Shown here piece after piece: positions 1 to 13,754 of a DNA stretch of 64,000 nt. The DNA lies in the NCBI RefSeq assembly GCF_963921235.1, contig NC_086108.1, forward strand, positions 48,734,001 to 48,798,000. The letters are read 5' to 3'. Under the pieces are notes generated by a model. The model was not told the DNA's origin, made no database searches, and was given only the letters and a program-made list of their open reading frames with translations. The stretch comes from Mobula hypostoma (lineage: Eukaryota). The position numbers and the translations under genes were made by a program. Position 1 is the stretch's first letter, and the number at the start of each line of letters is the position of its first letter.

Positions 1-59
1 TAAGCTAATCTGAAGGAATTTAAATTCATTGCTCTCTCCACCTCTGATCCCCTTATGTA

Positions 60-510
60 TTATGTGCAGTCTTGATCACCACACTGATCACAAGATGTGA
101 GTAAGCTAGGAAGGGTGCAGAGAAGATTCACTGAAGTCTGGATAGGTTGGGATTCTATTCCCCAGAGCAAAGGAGGCTGAGGTTTATAAAATAATGAAAA
201 GCATAGATAGGGTAAAGTCATCTAAAACTAGAGGGCATAGGTTGAAGGTGAGAGGGAAAAGATTTGAAGAGAATCTGAAGGGCAAGCTGTTCCATCAGAG
301 GCAAGCGGACATGTGGAAAGAGCTGGAAGAAATGGTGGTGGGGACAGACACAATTACAATGTTGGAAAGAAATCTGGACAAATTAATGGATAGTTTAAAG
401 GGATGCAGGCCAAATGCAGGTGAGTGAGATTAGCATAGACAGGCATGCTGGCTGGTGTTGACAAGTTGGGCTGATGGCATTGTTTCTGTGCTGTATAATT
501 ATGAATCTAA
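60..510 (+). mobile_element. CR1-clade LINE 3' fragment (decayed)
   Basis: Translates to ...KTRGHRLKVRGKRF..., the same C-terminal motif as other CR1 copies in the window; boundaries approximate. Confidence 0.75.
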
Positions 511-803
511 ACTAGGAAAACAATCAATTAAACATGGCTGTGACCTAATGGAAGTTATTAAGCACTTGGAAAAACAATAATTATAGATGACGTGATATAT
601 AGGATGGATCAGTCCTATATTTTTACTTCAATGGCATAAATGTGAAGCTTGTTTCATTATTCCCAGTTTAGCTCCCGACAAAGACATCAAATTTAGCTGC
701 ACGTTACTAATATGGGCTCTTCTACCAAAAGCAATACAAATAGCAATGAGCGACTAAACCTTGAAATACAAGTCAAGCAAACTTTTAAGGAAATTAGGCA
801 TAC

Positions 804-935
804 CTGGGCACGGGCCTTCCAGCGTTTGAGATCTTCATCCAGTAATTTCTTCTCTGCTTGCAACATACCACTTTTCTCACTGAGCTCCATATTGGATTCT
901 TGAAGAGGTAGGATATCAGATTCTAGCTTACGAAT
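804..935 (-). CDS. TPR: TPR exon 29 (132 nt)
   Basis: [53 protein letters not shown]. Confidence 0.96.
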
Positions 936-1397
936 CTAAGAATTGTATAACAAACATCATTCTACTTCTGTCTTAAATCAGTGCTCCCTAAAAATATTCT
1001 TTTTCTTGTGTAACAATTCACTTAAAGATTACAGATAGGAACAGAAGTTAAAGCCTGCATCTGATTGATGCCCTGTCTGATACTGCACTCTGCCGAATGT
1101 GCTGGATCAAGGCCCCTCTGCTCTCAGTAACCCATTCACTCAAAAGATCTCAGTACAATTTCAAAAAGTAAGCCAAATTAATTACCCCAATGCACTGCCC
1201 AGTATTCTAAAACCACTACCTGCTTCACCTTTGCTATTTCAGAGCAAATCAGCTCTCATAATTTGCAAATCCTTTCTGCATGGCAGATTGAACTGATTTG
1301 TCCATTATACTCAAATACCATACTAACAATCATCCCATCTAATAATCCTACTAATTCCCTCACATCACAAACCACTGTTCTGGGAAGGTATACTGAC

Positions 1398-1535
1398 CTT
1401 TGCCCTTGATTGTTGGAGTTCTTGCTCTAACCTTTCCTTCTCATCCCTCAGCATCTTATTGGTCTCAATCAGAACATTCATAGTCTCTGTCTTCTTCATT
1501 AACTCATCATGTTGTGCCAGTGTTTTGGCAGTTAC
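1398..1535 (-). CDS. TPR: TPR exon 28 (138 nt)
   Basis: [55 protein letters not shown]. Confidence 0.96.
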
Positions 1536-1744
1536 CTGCACACAAAAAAGAACTGTGAAGCAAACTGTTCAATTCAAAATTGTTAAAACATTTAAACAAG
1601 GGGAGCTAAAGGAGGCAACATTTGGAAGGTGTACTTTCCAGTAATAACTATAACCTCCATTGTTCAAAGGCACCTAATTTGCTTAATATTATAGCTCATC
1701 CTTAATTTCTGAAAGAATTTTATAATTAAAGCTAGTACGTTTAC

Positions 1745-1892
1745 CTGGACCTTTTCCCTTTCAGAGTTAAGACTGTCTTGCACCTCCTTTAGTTCTCTCT
1801 CCAAATTCTCCACACGCTGACGATAACGCAGAGCCTCAACTTGGGCCACTTCAAATCTTGTTTCTGCAATTTCCCTTTCTCTTCGCACAAAC
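1745..1892 (-). CDS. TPR: TPR exon 27 (148 nt)
   Basis: [58 protein letters not shown]. Confidence 0.96.
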
Positions 1893-3337
1893 CTATGGTA
1901 TGCAGATTTGGTTAAAATGTTAAGCATTGATTTTTTTTTGGAAACCAGGTGTTTTTTCCTTCTCTTTTGCATCTACTTTCTCTCTTAAGTATAAAGGCTG
2001 AAGGCAGAATGAAATTTCTGGCAAAAATAAGATGGTCACAACTACAAATGCAAAAGAAGCTGATGGATCCAGATGCACATTCAGGAATGTTAAAATATTG
2101 TGGGAAATCCCAAAGTAGCATAACTAGACTATAAATTGAAGGCATTCAGTAGATCAGAAGTGAATGAGCAAAAGTAGCTGTTCTGAAGAGCAACTGTGAG
2201 ATGGATCTTTCACAGTGATGAAATATTAGGGCATCAAATTACTCTGAGATGTAATACAGCAGACTTTATCCAAATATAGTGGGAAGTGCTATGACAAACT
2301 GTGATACAAATCTTTAGCAATTTATGGCAATCCCCATATTCAAAATGTTCCTAAAACCATTGCCAAGTGACGGCAAAAAACTGTTCCAAGATACTTCACA
2401 GAACCAAATCAGCTAAAAAGGGAGGTGGAAAGGCAGAGAGGCTGAACGTAACAAATGGTGAAGTGAAGCTATATGTAAAATCCAGACCAGGAATTGAAGT
2501 TTATGGGCAGGCACAAGGGCATCTGGTGGAGAAGGAGAAACTGAGAATTACAACTGAGCAGGGTATTACAAATCTGGACAGAGAAAGGTCTTCAGTGGCA
2601 GATCAACTGTGGCATAACATGCAAGGAGTTGGTCTTTGTAACAGATTGTACAGGAGTTTGACAGAATTAAGTAGAGGGTAGAGTGAGATGTGTATAACTT
2701 CCACAATCTAGTACAGCCTAAAGCACTGCTGGGAGAGGGAATGCAATCAGTAACAAGAACACTTAACTCAAGAAAATGGTCTCTTTCTTCCCAATAACAT
2801 TTAGTGAAAGGAAGTTTGTAGCTTTTCCAAATATGAACCTCCAACAACAATTAGTTAAAGAATAACAGGAAGCACAGCAGATCAACTAAATATCAGCTGA
2901 CATGTGGAGTTTAATGCCATGCCTCAGGATGAAGACTCTTTGGTAACTAGCAAAAGAAGCTGCCTTTAGATGGTGCCTATTCGGTGCATATTGAAAGAAA
3001 ATGAATTACAGACCAATAATAATAAATGAGACAAATACTTATTGCCAAATTTGTTTCATTTCATCCATTATGAAGTCATTTAAGCGACATAAAAATTAAG
3101 ATATCTTAAGAAAACAATCTAAAATAAATATCGTAAGTTACAAATGTGCCACCTAACAATGCAAACAATTTATTCCACCAACTTTCTTATATTACAAATT
3201 AAACTTCATACAAAGACAAGAAAAATTAATTTTGATTAAAACAAGATGCAGGCAACTCTAAATGACGTTTTAGATGCAATTTTGTACACATAACTGAGTT
3301 CTATCAATGAAAATGTCAACACTCTGCCTATATTTAC

Positions 3338-3522
3338 CTCAGAATTTCAAGTAACTGTTCCTGGGACTTTCCTTCTTCATTGAAAGATGTATTGAAGGAG
3401 GTTTGAGCTGTTTCTTGCACTGTAGTCACCATCTTATTGCTAAGGCTCTCCACTTGCTCAAGCAACAGTTTGTTCTGTTTCTGCAGATCTTCACAACGTG
3501 CAGTTAGTTTGGAAACTTCATC
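3338..3522 (-). CDS. TPR: TPR exon 26 (185 nt)
   Basis: [70 protein letters not shown]. Confidence 0.95.
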
Positions 3523-4589
3523 CTACGCAATGAGACAAATGATATTGATCTAGATGAATACCTGGTAACCATGCTGACCCCATGTACCAGCTGCCCTTGA
3601 TAGTCACATGCTGGTCAACTTTCAATGCTTATCTGACAATCCTTTCTGAATTGTTGTAGATGGTACACAAGACATGAATAACTTTGAATAAATAAATGAA
3701 TAACATGAATAACTTTGGGGAGATGGGCATGCCACTCACAAAATATCCAGTCTTGGGCAGAAATTGTATAATCTGAAGCTTTGCTAATTGATTAAGTAAA
3801 CAGATCTCAAAATGGAAGGGAATTATTCGATTAATTGGCTATAAGCAAGTTTCCTTGATCTGACATAAGTGGCCAATGAACACATAATCTTCCTTAATGC
3901 TTCTACACCAAACTCCTTTTACAAATGGGGGTTCCCTCCGTCAGAAAGCCCAGTACAGCTTTGAGATGAAAATTGCACTTGGCTTTCTGACAGAGATAAC
4001 CTGCTTCAATTCAACCTGTACCCACGTTTTATCTAAACCCATAATTAGATTATTAAGTTCAAAAAGAACTGTAAAGTATTCCTGTGCTATCAGGTTGAGA
4101 GATCAGTAATTAGCTACTTCATATTTATGGTGCTTTGAAAACTGCAGCAAATTTCCCTATACTGAATAGTTGTCAGCAGAATGACTATTATAAAAGACAA
4201 GATTAGTTGATGTTATCCAAGGGATATTGCTTTTTCTATGCCTATTATTTCAAAAATCCCACAGATTAGAAAGAAACCGCATCAAGTAGAATTTTGGGCA
4301 AAGACTAAAAAGGAAAATATCTTGCCGATGAAAGGACAGGAAACTTACTGGATTGTTCTTCTCTGACTTGAATCAGGCCACATGGATCAAAAGCAAAAAT
4401 TACAAAGTGACTGAATTTAGATCATTTAAATAGTGCCAAACAGGAGGACAAATAAACAATCGATTGAGTCACTGGCACCGAATTCTGAATAGATACAAAC
4501 TACATTTAATTTGCCGAGACCGTTTATATTTCCTTACAGAAACAAACTAAATAAGAAGACTTATTTGCACAATTTTTAAACCTACTTAC

Positions 4590-4793
4590 CTTCAATATTC
4601 TTTCTATTTCATCCTTGGCAGCCTTGCACTCCAACATCTGTGCCTCAGCCTTTTGAGAAGCATCTTCCAACTTCTGCCGTTCCTGTGCATTTGTTGAAAC
4701 TTGCTCTTTAGCAATCTGAAGTGCTTCCACGTCAGCAGCATGCAGCATCAGCTCGCGTTCATATTTATTCTGTGCTTCCGATGCCAACCTGGC
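4590..4793 (-). CDS. TPR: TPR exon 25 (204 nt)
   Basis: [32 protein letters not shown]...EIERILK; TAG/GTAAGT. Confidence 0.96.
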
Positions 4794-4993
4794 CTAAAAA
4801 CACCAATAAAAAGGTCTGTTAAAACTACAAATTGGGCAAAAACCAAACTGTTTCATTCTTTACAAACTGTGGTAATACCCCCAACCACTTCACTATCAAA
4901 TAAGGCATGTATCATTGTCAAACAATTTTTTATGTTGATCAGTTATGACTCATACAACTATAGAACCACAGTGCCCAAGATAATTATGCAGAC

Positions 4994-5110
4994 CTGCTCC
5001 TGACAATCAGCTCTTGCTTGCTGTTCATTGGCTGCCGCAGTAGCTGCTCGCTGAACGGCATCCTGAAGCTCTGCCTGAAGATTGCTCAGATTCCTCCTCA
5101 GTTCTGATGC
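4994..5110 (-). CDS. TPR: TPR exon 24 (117 nt)
   Basis: [42 protein letters not shown] acceptor, weak donor GTCTGC. Confidence 0.92.
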
Positions 5111-5479
5111 CTGCAATCAATGCAATAGAATAATGTAATGAAATAAAGTTGCATCAATGAATGGTCCAGCAATAAAATATCAGCTAAAGGATTACAATTA
5201 TTCATTATTAAATCCATGACATGATGGTTCCTTGACGCAACAAAAAAAAACGTATATTTAAGTTTCTATGGTTTACACCAACTGGCAGAGCTTTGAGGGA
5301 AATTAACCCCTTTAAGCTCATGACATTATACATCGAGCTCAAAATTCCATTCAGCAGATGACATCAGTGCAGTATTCAAAAAGATAAATTAAAAATATAT
5401 AAAGCCTTAAGGTAATTGAAATCTATATTTGTGGATCAAAAAGGAACCATGTTTTCCACATTCTATTTTGAAAGAAACA

Positions 5480-6350
5480 AAGCATTTCCCTATAAACGTG
5501 GTCCTCAAGTTTCAGCAAAATCCTTGCAAATTTTCTCTGGTCTCTTTCAAACATATTGATAGCTCTTCTATAGGTAGGTGACCAAAACTGCACACAATAC
5601 TTCAAATTTAGTCTCACCAATGCCTTATACAATATAACATCCCAACTCGGGTACTCAATACTTGGAATAAATCCTTCCCTGGTTTGTTGTCCCAAAGTGC
5701 AACACCTCACACGTGTCTGTATTAAATTCCACCTGCCATTTTTCAGCCCTTTTGTTTGCAGCTGGTCCAGATCCCACTGCAAGCTTTGATGCCCTTCCTT
5801 ACTGTCCACTACCTCCCTAATCTTGCTGTCATCCACAAATCTGCTGAACCAGTTCACCACATTATCATCCAAATCATTAACATAGATGGCAAAAAACATG
5901 GACCCAGCACCACTAGCCACAGGCCATCAATCAGGGAGGGAACTATCTAACATCACTCTCTGGCTTCTCCCACAAAGCAAATGAATAATTAAACTATTTC
6001 GTCCTGAGAGCTACACAACTGAAACTTCTGGACCAGCCTCTCATGTGGGACTTTGTCAAAGGCCTAGCTAAAGTCCATGTAGACAACATCCACTGCCTGT
6101 CCTTCATCAACTTTCCTGGTAACCTCCTTGAAAAACTCTAAGATCGGTTGGACATGACCTACCATGCACAAAGCCATGTTGACTATCCTTAATTAGGGCA
6201 TGACTATCCAAACACTTATATACTACTGTATTTTGTCCCTTGGAAAAATTTTCCAATAATATACCCACTACTTACTCACCTGCCTATAACTTCCCAGCTT
6301 ATTCTTTTTCCTTGAACAACGCAGCAGCATTAGCTATCCTCCAGTCCTGT
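5480..6350 (-). mobile_element. CR1-clade LINE RT fragment
   Basis: IYVNDLDDNVVNWFSRFVDDSKI and LYKALVRLNLKYCVQFWSPTY motifs, with frameshifts. Confidence 0.85.
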
Positions 6351-6719
6351 GGCTAGTGGTGTTGGGCCCATGTTATTTGTCATCTATGTTAATGACGGCC
6401 ACAAGAGTGTACACGACTGATGTTCGTTAGAACCTGTTCGGCAAGTCTCCTGCCCCAATGAAGCAGCATCAAGCCCCAAACAAATGAAGGGACTCTTGGC
6501 AATTTTCTCAATTTGTTTTTGTTCTTTAAGAATTGTCCCATATAAGCAGTAGCCCTGAATAACCAATTGCCCAATTAATCCACTCTGTAGCAATCTTAAA
6601 ATTCAAACTCTGGATTCACCAAAATCAACAATCACGACTAGGCATATATTAAGCAACTTAAAGCATTTTATTTTATCTTGCAAGGGATTACTCCTGCCAT
6701 TTCCAATGAAATGTCATAC

Positions 6720-6872
6720 CTGTTGCTCCAAATTTTCTATGGCCTTGTGCTTCTCATCGGTGATAGCTTGTTTTTCATTTTCAGATTCCAACATGCGCTT
6801 CTCTAACTGCGCCAGATATTCACTAGACTCTTTGAGCCGAGATTCCACTGCAGCCCGTACTTCTTCCGTTAC
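6720..6872 (-). CDS. TPR: TPR exon 23 (153 nt)
   Basis: VTEEVRAAVESRLKESSEYLAQLEKRMLESENEKQAITDEKHKAIENLEQQ; CAG/GTATGA. Confidence 0.95.
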
Positions 6873-7034
6873 CTGAGAATGTGTCAAAGAAAAAAAAATC
6901 AGTTACACCATTAAAATTACTTTCGTAGGGGACATTGATCTAGTCAATCATGCACAACTTCTTGTACTAACTTGTTAAAATTGCAGATTTATACTGAAAT
7001 GATAAGGCATATCAAACTTAATTTTAAAGGGGTC

Positions 7035-7870
7035 CTTTTCTAGTTAGCTGCTGATGACTAGTGGTGTTCTACAGGGGTCAGTGTTGGGACTGCCTCTTAA
7101 CATTATATGTCAGTGATTCGGATGACAAAATTGATGGCTTTGTGGCCAAGTTTTCAAATGATTCGAAGAGAGGTGGAGGGGTATCGTTGAAGAAGCAGAG
7201 TTGCAGAAGGATTTAGAAAGAATGGGAGAATGAGCAAAGTGGCAGTTGGAATATAGTGTAGGGAAGTGTATGGTCATGCACTTTGGTAGAAGAAATAAAG
7301 ACATAGACTATTTTCTAAAAGGGGAGAAAATTCAAAAATCAGTTGTGAAGTTAACTTGCAGGTTGAGCCAGTAGTAAGGAAGGTAAATGGAATGTTAGCA
7401 TTCATTTTGAGAGGACTGGAATACAAGGGCAATGATGTGATGCTGAAGCTCTATAAGATTGGTCAGACTGTACCTGGGAGTATCGTGAGCAGTTTTGGGC
7501 CCCTTATCTAAGAAGAAATGAGCTGATAATTGGAGAGGATCCAGAGGAGGTTCATGAGAATGATTCCGGGAATGAAAGGATTAACATCTAGAGCCAGAGG
7601 GCACAGCCTCAGAATAGAGGGATATCCATTTAGAACAGAGATGAGGAATTTCTTCGGCCAGAAGGGGGTGAATCTGTGAAATTCATTGCCACAGACGGCT
7701 ATTATTGAGTATACTTAAAGCGGAGGTTGACAGGTGCTTGGTTAGTCAGGCTATTAAAGGTTATGGGGAAAAGGCAGGAGAAATGGGTTTAAGAGGGATA
7801 ATAAATCAGCCAAGGAGCAGATTTGATGGGCTGAGTGATCTTATTTTGCTCCTGGGTCTTATGGCCATAA
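7035..7870 (+). mobile_element. CR1-clade LINE 3' fragment
   Basis: TSGVLQGSVLG-like RT motif, YCEQFWAPYLR, and a 3' tail shared with other copies. Confidence 0.8.
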
Positions 7871-7975
7871 TTCAAACCTTACTCGAATGGAAGTCAACTC
7901 TTGCATCATATTTTCTCACGTTCAACATATCATCAAAACAACACATTTCTTCTATGTATATAAGAAGTTACCTAC

Positions 7976-8142
7976 CTGTTTCTCTTTACTAAGAGACTCC
8001 TCCAGACTAAGGACCATGTCTCTGTATTGTTCCACATTGCTTGTAGTAGTTTTGAGGCGTTCTCTCAAGTCACTCATCTGTTCATTTGCATGCCTAAGCT
8101 GTGCTCGAAGGTTATCAATATCTTCTTCTGTATTTGAGTCAC
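7976..8142 (-). CDS. TPR: TPR exon 22 (167 nt)
   Basis: [64 protein letters not shown]. Confidence 0.95.
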
Positions 8143-8777
8143 CTGAGAATAGATCAGAGCTATATGGCTAACTGAAATTTCAATCAACAATAACGCCTCA
8201 CTCTTTATGGAAGTAATTTATTCTGATGTTATTCTTCTTCACTATCATATAGTGAACTAGTGTTGTAACTGTTCCCTAAAGAGCAGTTCCACTAACAAGT
8301 TCAGTCACTAACTCTCAAGCCATGTAAATGTGTAGTGTGGGGGTTGAAGGGGGAGGGGCAGGGTTCAAGAAAAAAAAAACTCTTTAAAGTTTGACTAAGC
8401 TAGACTCACTCTATTTTTCCTTGCAGCTCAGCTCTGTGTTCTTGAGAGCACATCAGGTTAGGTAATAAACTAAGTCTTTGCAAGCTACATCCATGCATTA
8501 TGAATGAGAGCAATAACAACTTGCTCAAGATAAGCGATTGGAAAACAATAACAAAATTGGTTTAAAACTATGTAATCTAAGAGTTTATACAAAATTATAC
8601 CTACAGGTAAACATTATCCATAAACAATCAGATATTAAAACTGTGAATATTAAGCTGTAAATGAAATATTCCTATTGAAGGGTTACACCAGATTATAGAG
8701 GGATGTTGAGAGTGAGCACTGGCTCAAGAGACAGAAGAACTTGGACCTATTTACACATGTTCATATAGATGACTTAC

Positions 8778-8940
8778 CTTTAGAATCACTTCCCTTCGTC
8801 TCTGCCAATTTAGTTTCAAGATTGTTCAATTGTAGCTTCAAGGCACTAACTTCTTTTTCTGAGTTTTTCAGAAGTTCTTTCGTCTTTGTGTGAAGATTAG
8901 ACTCCATCTCAAGCTGCTTCTTGATTTCCATAAGTTGAAT
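8778..8940 (-). CDS. TPR: TPR exon 21 (163 nt)
   Basis: IQLMEIKKQLEMESNLHTKTKELLKNSEKEVSALKLQLNNLETKLAETKGSDSK; AAG acceptor, donor GTAAGT. Confidence 0.93.
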
Positions 8941-9162
8941 CTTCAAGAAAAGGTAGAAATTAATACACATCTAAAGGAAAAATTTATAGAACCAATCAAA
9001 ACAGCAACATTTACTCTATTGTAAAATGATTTGTGAATATTGGTTCCCTTTCATTTTCTACTCTGACCTCCAATAATTTGCTGGCCTCTTAAATTTGTCT
9101 AAACACTATTGAAAATATTAATTATACATCCTATACCATTATTTTTAAAGGTGTAAACTTAC

Positions 9163-9303
9163 ATCCTGGTTTCTGACGAGTAAATGACGTTGATCCACTT
9201 CATATTCGCATTTTTTCTTCAGTTTCTCAATTTCACGCTCTTGTTTTTCAATCTGGTTGTTTAAGCGCTGCTTGGTCTCAGTTTCCGCACGTTCCAAACT
9301 CAG
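9163..9303 (-). CDS. TPR: TPR exon 20 (141 nt)
   Basis: [56 protein letters not shown]. Confidence 0.95.
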
Positions 9304-9552
9304 CTATGTATTGGCAAGAATTCAATGTAAATAGAATTACTTTAAAACAAAACATGAACAAAGGTTTTTAAAACATAAAAAACAATCCTATGTATTCTAG
9401 GAGAAAATAATCCCAAATCTTTATTCCGAGTCTCCATAGATTATTCTCCAATGCTTGCCAAGAGAATTGTTTCTACTAAGACCAATTTTATACATGTAAA
9501 TATTCTTTAAAAATAATTGTTCATTTGAAGGCAAACTACAAATTAACTACAG

Positions 9553-10284
9553 CAGGGGTCCCCAACCGTTTTTTGCACCGCAGACTGGTTTAATATTGAC
9601 AATATTCTTGCGGACCGACCAACCTGGGGGGGGGGGGGTGTTAAAGTAGGGTTAAACTCACCACAACATGTCTTTTACAGTTAGGGTTGCCAACTTTCTC
9701 ACTCCCAAATAAGGGACAAAAGTAGCAGTCAAATCCTGGGACACTTTACCCCAGGAAAGACTACCGTGACCATGAAGCCTTGCGCGGGCACCTGTGTGCA
9801 CATGCACGTACGTGCCAATTTTTCTCCCCACAAATCGGTTTTGCCATCATCTTCCCAACTATACTGTACATACATTATTTCTACTTTATATAGGCTGTGT
9901 ATTTATCATATCATTCCTGCTTTTACTATATGCTAGTGTTATTTATTTTCCGTTTTACGTGTTATTTGGTATGATTTGTTAGGTTTGTTTTGGGTCTGGG
10001 AACGCTCAAAAATTTTTCCCATATAAATTAATGGTAATTGCTTCTTCACTTCACGCCATTTCCGCACGAAAGGTTTCATAGGAACGTTCTACCTTAGCGG
10101 GGGACATACGGGACAAACCAATTTAGCCCCATATATGGGATGTCCCAGCAAATACAGGACAATTGGCAACCCTACATTCAAGTTCAACAGTGCATGACAG
10201 GGAATGAGGAAATGTGCAGCTGACTCATATCGTTTCCTCATGGCCCGGTAGCACATGCTTTGCTTCAGTGGTTGGGGACCACTG
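9553..10284. mobile_element. hAT (Charlie-like) non-autonomous element carrying passenger DNA
   Basis: TIRs CAGGGGTCCCCAACC...GGTTGGGGACCACTG; perfect 8-bp TSD AACTACAG at 9545-9552 and 10285-10292. Confidence 0.9.
9682..10174. mobile_element. hAT (Blackjack-like TIR) MITE containing Tigger-terminal sequence
   Basis: TIRs TAGGGTTGCCAAC...ATTGGCAACCCTA; same family as 60216-60948; no TSD at this site. Confidence 0.8.
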
Positions 10285-10289
10285 AACTA

Positions 10290-12004
10290 CAGGTTTCCCC
10301 CGCTATTCGAAGGTAGAGCGTTCCTATGAAACGGTTCGTAAGCTGGAATGTCGTAAAGTGAAGAAGCAATTACCATTTATTAATATGGGAAAAATTTTTG
10401 AGCGTTCCCAGACCCAAAAAATACCCTACAAAATCATGCCAAATAACACATAAAAAACCTAAAATAGCAGTAACATATAGTAAAAGCAGGAATGATATGA
10501 TAAATACACAGCCTATGTAAAGTAGAAATACTTTTCAGCACTGTCTAGCGCAGCGAAAATCTCACAGCTGCACTTTTGGCAGAAACACTCTCTCCAGTAA
10601 CCTTTAAGCTATGAAGCTGCCAAATCATACCAATTAACAAATCATACCAAATAACGCATAAAATACACAGCCTACATAAACTAGAAATACTTTTCAGCAC
10701 TGTCTAGTGCAGCGAAAATCTCACGGCAGCACTCTTGGCGCAAGCGCTCAGCAGAAACACTCTCTCCAGTAACCTTTAAGCTATGAAGCTGCCAAATCAT
10801 ACCAAATAGTGCATAAAAATGCACAGCCTATATAAAGTAGAAATAATGTATGTACAGTAGCCAAACTCACTAATGCCATATTTACTGTTGATGGTTCGAA
10901 GCCTTTAAAATCGTTCACTGCTTCGGGACACAATTTTCTCCAAAAGCCATTTCTCATTGAGACTGTTAGCCTATCGAGAGCATCTCCAATGTTGATGATT
11001 GCCAATTTTATATTGTATTCATTCCAAATCTCTCACAAAGACGCTTTGGAGTTGCCCTCTCTGTCAATGGTACTTACGATAAAGCGCATCACATTTTACA
11101 TATAGTAAGCCTTAATTGTGGCTATTAGGCCTCGGTCACACAGCTGCAGCAATGATGTCGTATTTGGCGGTAAGAATGCAACACGAATGTTACCGCCTTA
11201 CTCGGTAATGCCAGGCGGATGAGCAGCACAATTACCGACAATCACAAGACACCTATTATTGAGGTACGAGGTTATTTTCTCTGCAGTATTTTTCAACAAA
11301 AGGATTAACGTATCCACTCATGTACTCAGAAAAAAGCACTTGGGTATTCCAACCACTTGGATGTGAACGGAACACAACGGAAAGTGTTTTCTTATCAACG
11401 CCTTTAAGTGCTCTCGGATTTTCTCAATGGTACACTAGTAGAGGCTTAAGGATAGCATCACCAGTGGCGTTAATAATATGCATTAGGGTAAACCTGTCCT
11501 CCGATGCCTTGTATCCCTTAGCCTGCTTTTCTTCTATCGAAATAAATGTCTTGCTCGGCAATTTTTTCCAATAAATTGCAGTTTTGTCACAGTTAAACCA
11601 AATGCCGTTTCTCTCTGCGTATAAATAGTGCCAATGGTGGACGCAGGCAAGTTCAACGCGTGGACAATGTCCTTACTTCGTTCACCACCATCGAAACGCT
11701 TAATCAGGTCTAGCTTTACGACCAGTGTAACACCCTTACAAGCTCTTTTAGGCTTTTCCGATACCTTAGAACTCATCTTGCTAACAGATGCACAAAATAA
11801 ATCGAGATAAAGCACGTGTTTAAGCAATGGCGGCTGCCGCGGCTAGAATGCAGTTCCAGGGGAGGAGTTTGGCTGTTCAGGCGCGAGCTGCCTTTTCTCG
11901 TAACAGTAAAAACACCTTCTGTGAGTGAAAACAGGTAACTAATGCAAGTCTTTTGTAGTAGCCAGGTTTCGTACAGCGAATGTTCGGAAAATGGGGGCCA
12001 CCTG
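10290..12004 (-). mobile_element. Tigger/pogo (TcMar) transposon, internally deleted transposase
   Basis: CAGG...CCTG ends flanked by TA; CENP-B-like N-terminal HTH (KRACKGVTLVVKLDLIKRFDGGERSKDIVHALNLPASTI) and DDE_1-like remnants (FLPPNTTSLLQ); ~150-bp internal tandem duplication at ~10510-10860. Confidence 0.88.
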
Positions 12005-12111
12005 TATTAATAAACTGCTATCACCATAATTCAAGTTACTGTCACCTCTTACACCAAATATTCTGTAACTAATACTTCTACTTCAAGATCACAAATTTTT
12101 AGATAGTATAC

Positions 12112-12246
12112 CTGAATGGACTGTAAATTCGTTAGTAACAAACTTTGTCCCCTGTGTTCTGCGAACTTTGAATCCCGCTCTTGTGTCAGGCGTATTTCTG
12201 CCATCTTCAACATATCTTTTTCTTTTCTCAAATTTTCTCCTCGGGT
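12112..12246 (-). CDS. TPR: TPR exon 19 (135 nt)
   Basis: [54 protein letters not shown]. Confidence 0.95.
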
Positions 12247-12543
12247 CTGTCAGAACATTACAGAAGATTAATAAGTTCTCAACTGCTCAGCTTCCTAAAA
12301 CTATTGCAACTTATTTCAAATGAAATGGATTCTTTCCATAAAAAGATAAAACACTTTAAAACAAAACATGGTACAGCCAAGTAGCAGCATTGGACAAACT
12401 TTATTTAATAAACAAGTAATGTTACAAAGCCTGTGAAATACTTCACCGTATGTATAATAAAAGGAAAACTGGTAAGTGACTATGTGCTCTCTTCCAAATT
12501 TAAAATGTTTTCTCCAGGTATACTGTCTCCTTAAAATTCTTAC

Positions 12544-12706
12544 CTCTTCTAAAGCCAATTTTTCATTTGATGCTCGCAAATCCTGAGTCATGCTGTTTAT
12601 TATGTGTTCTTGCTTCTGCACTGTTGTGGTAAGCTTCTGACACCTGTCTCGCAGAGAAGCAATTTCACGGCGGAATCCATCTACGTTGTTCTGCAGCATC
12701 TCATAT
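12544..12706 (-). CDS. TPR: TPR exon 18 (163 nt)
   Basis: [63 protein letters not shown]. Confidence 0.96.
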
Positions 12707-13379
12707 CTAACATTAAAATTGAATTGTTACATTTTGTGATAATCCATAGTAGGCCATTTGCCAGATTAGAACAGAAATAAGAAAAAATTATGGTAATTTC
12801 TGACAAACATGATTTATACTTTTATTTCAATCGAGCCTTGCAGTGTTTTCAGAAAAAAAACTAGTCAAAAAAAAAGTCAATTCCTCCCTATCGCTTGCTT
12901 CAATGCCTGTCCTCCAGAATTAACTGTAAACATAAATAATAAGCACAACTTTAAGCAGCATTCCTTGTTAAAGGGTTTCATAAAAAAACATAAAATAAAG
13001 AGGGTGACATTAATGCAAGTACCATATGAACAATATTATGACAAAAATATCAAGGCTTTTTGAGTTGAGAAAGAAACAAAGTACAAAAAGTGAACTGGAT
13101 GTACTGTAGCCCCATAAACATTCAGAAAAAGGAGCAAATTTCTCCTGTGTGCAAGTAATAAAATGTCATTAGAGTTTCCATTCTAAGACAGAAACACAAG
13201 GCTAATAGGTCTTCAGGGTGCATATTTTAATGCACTGAAGAGAACTTTTCAAAATCAGAATACAGGAAAAGCAGGCTTGAGTTTGAGGGAATAAACACCA
13301 GAGAACTACATCATATCAGAGATTTGTAATTTAGGTAACCCTTTGAAGAAAACTATAAAGGATAGATTCTCATACATAC

Positions 13380-13528
13380 CGTTTAGAGGCAAATTCCAGT
13401 TGGGTAGACAGTTTTGTGTTTTCTGTTCTTATCTGTGTCAATTGTTCTTGAAGTTTCTCGTTCTGATCATTTAACATTTTGTCATTCTCTGCCTTTTCTT
13501 TTTTGTAATTATCAAAATGTAATTGAAG
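13380..13528 (-). CDS. TPR: TPR exon 17 (149 nt)
   Basis: [58 protein letters not shown]. Confidence 0.95.
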
Positions 13529-13754
13529 CTGAAACAGTGATTTTTAAAATTCTTAGAAATCCACACACAAATTCTTTGCTTTTGACAACCAAATATAAAT
13601 ATTTCATTTTATTTTAATTACTTTTGTAGCAATTACCAAAAATTTTAAATTTTAAAGTTCCCAAAATTTATGGATGAAATAGTGCCACCTGCAGCATGTT
13701 CACTTCCAAACTGCACATCAACCTGATCTGTAAATTTATCGTTAAAAAAGATCT

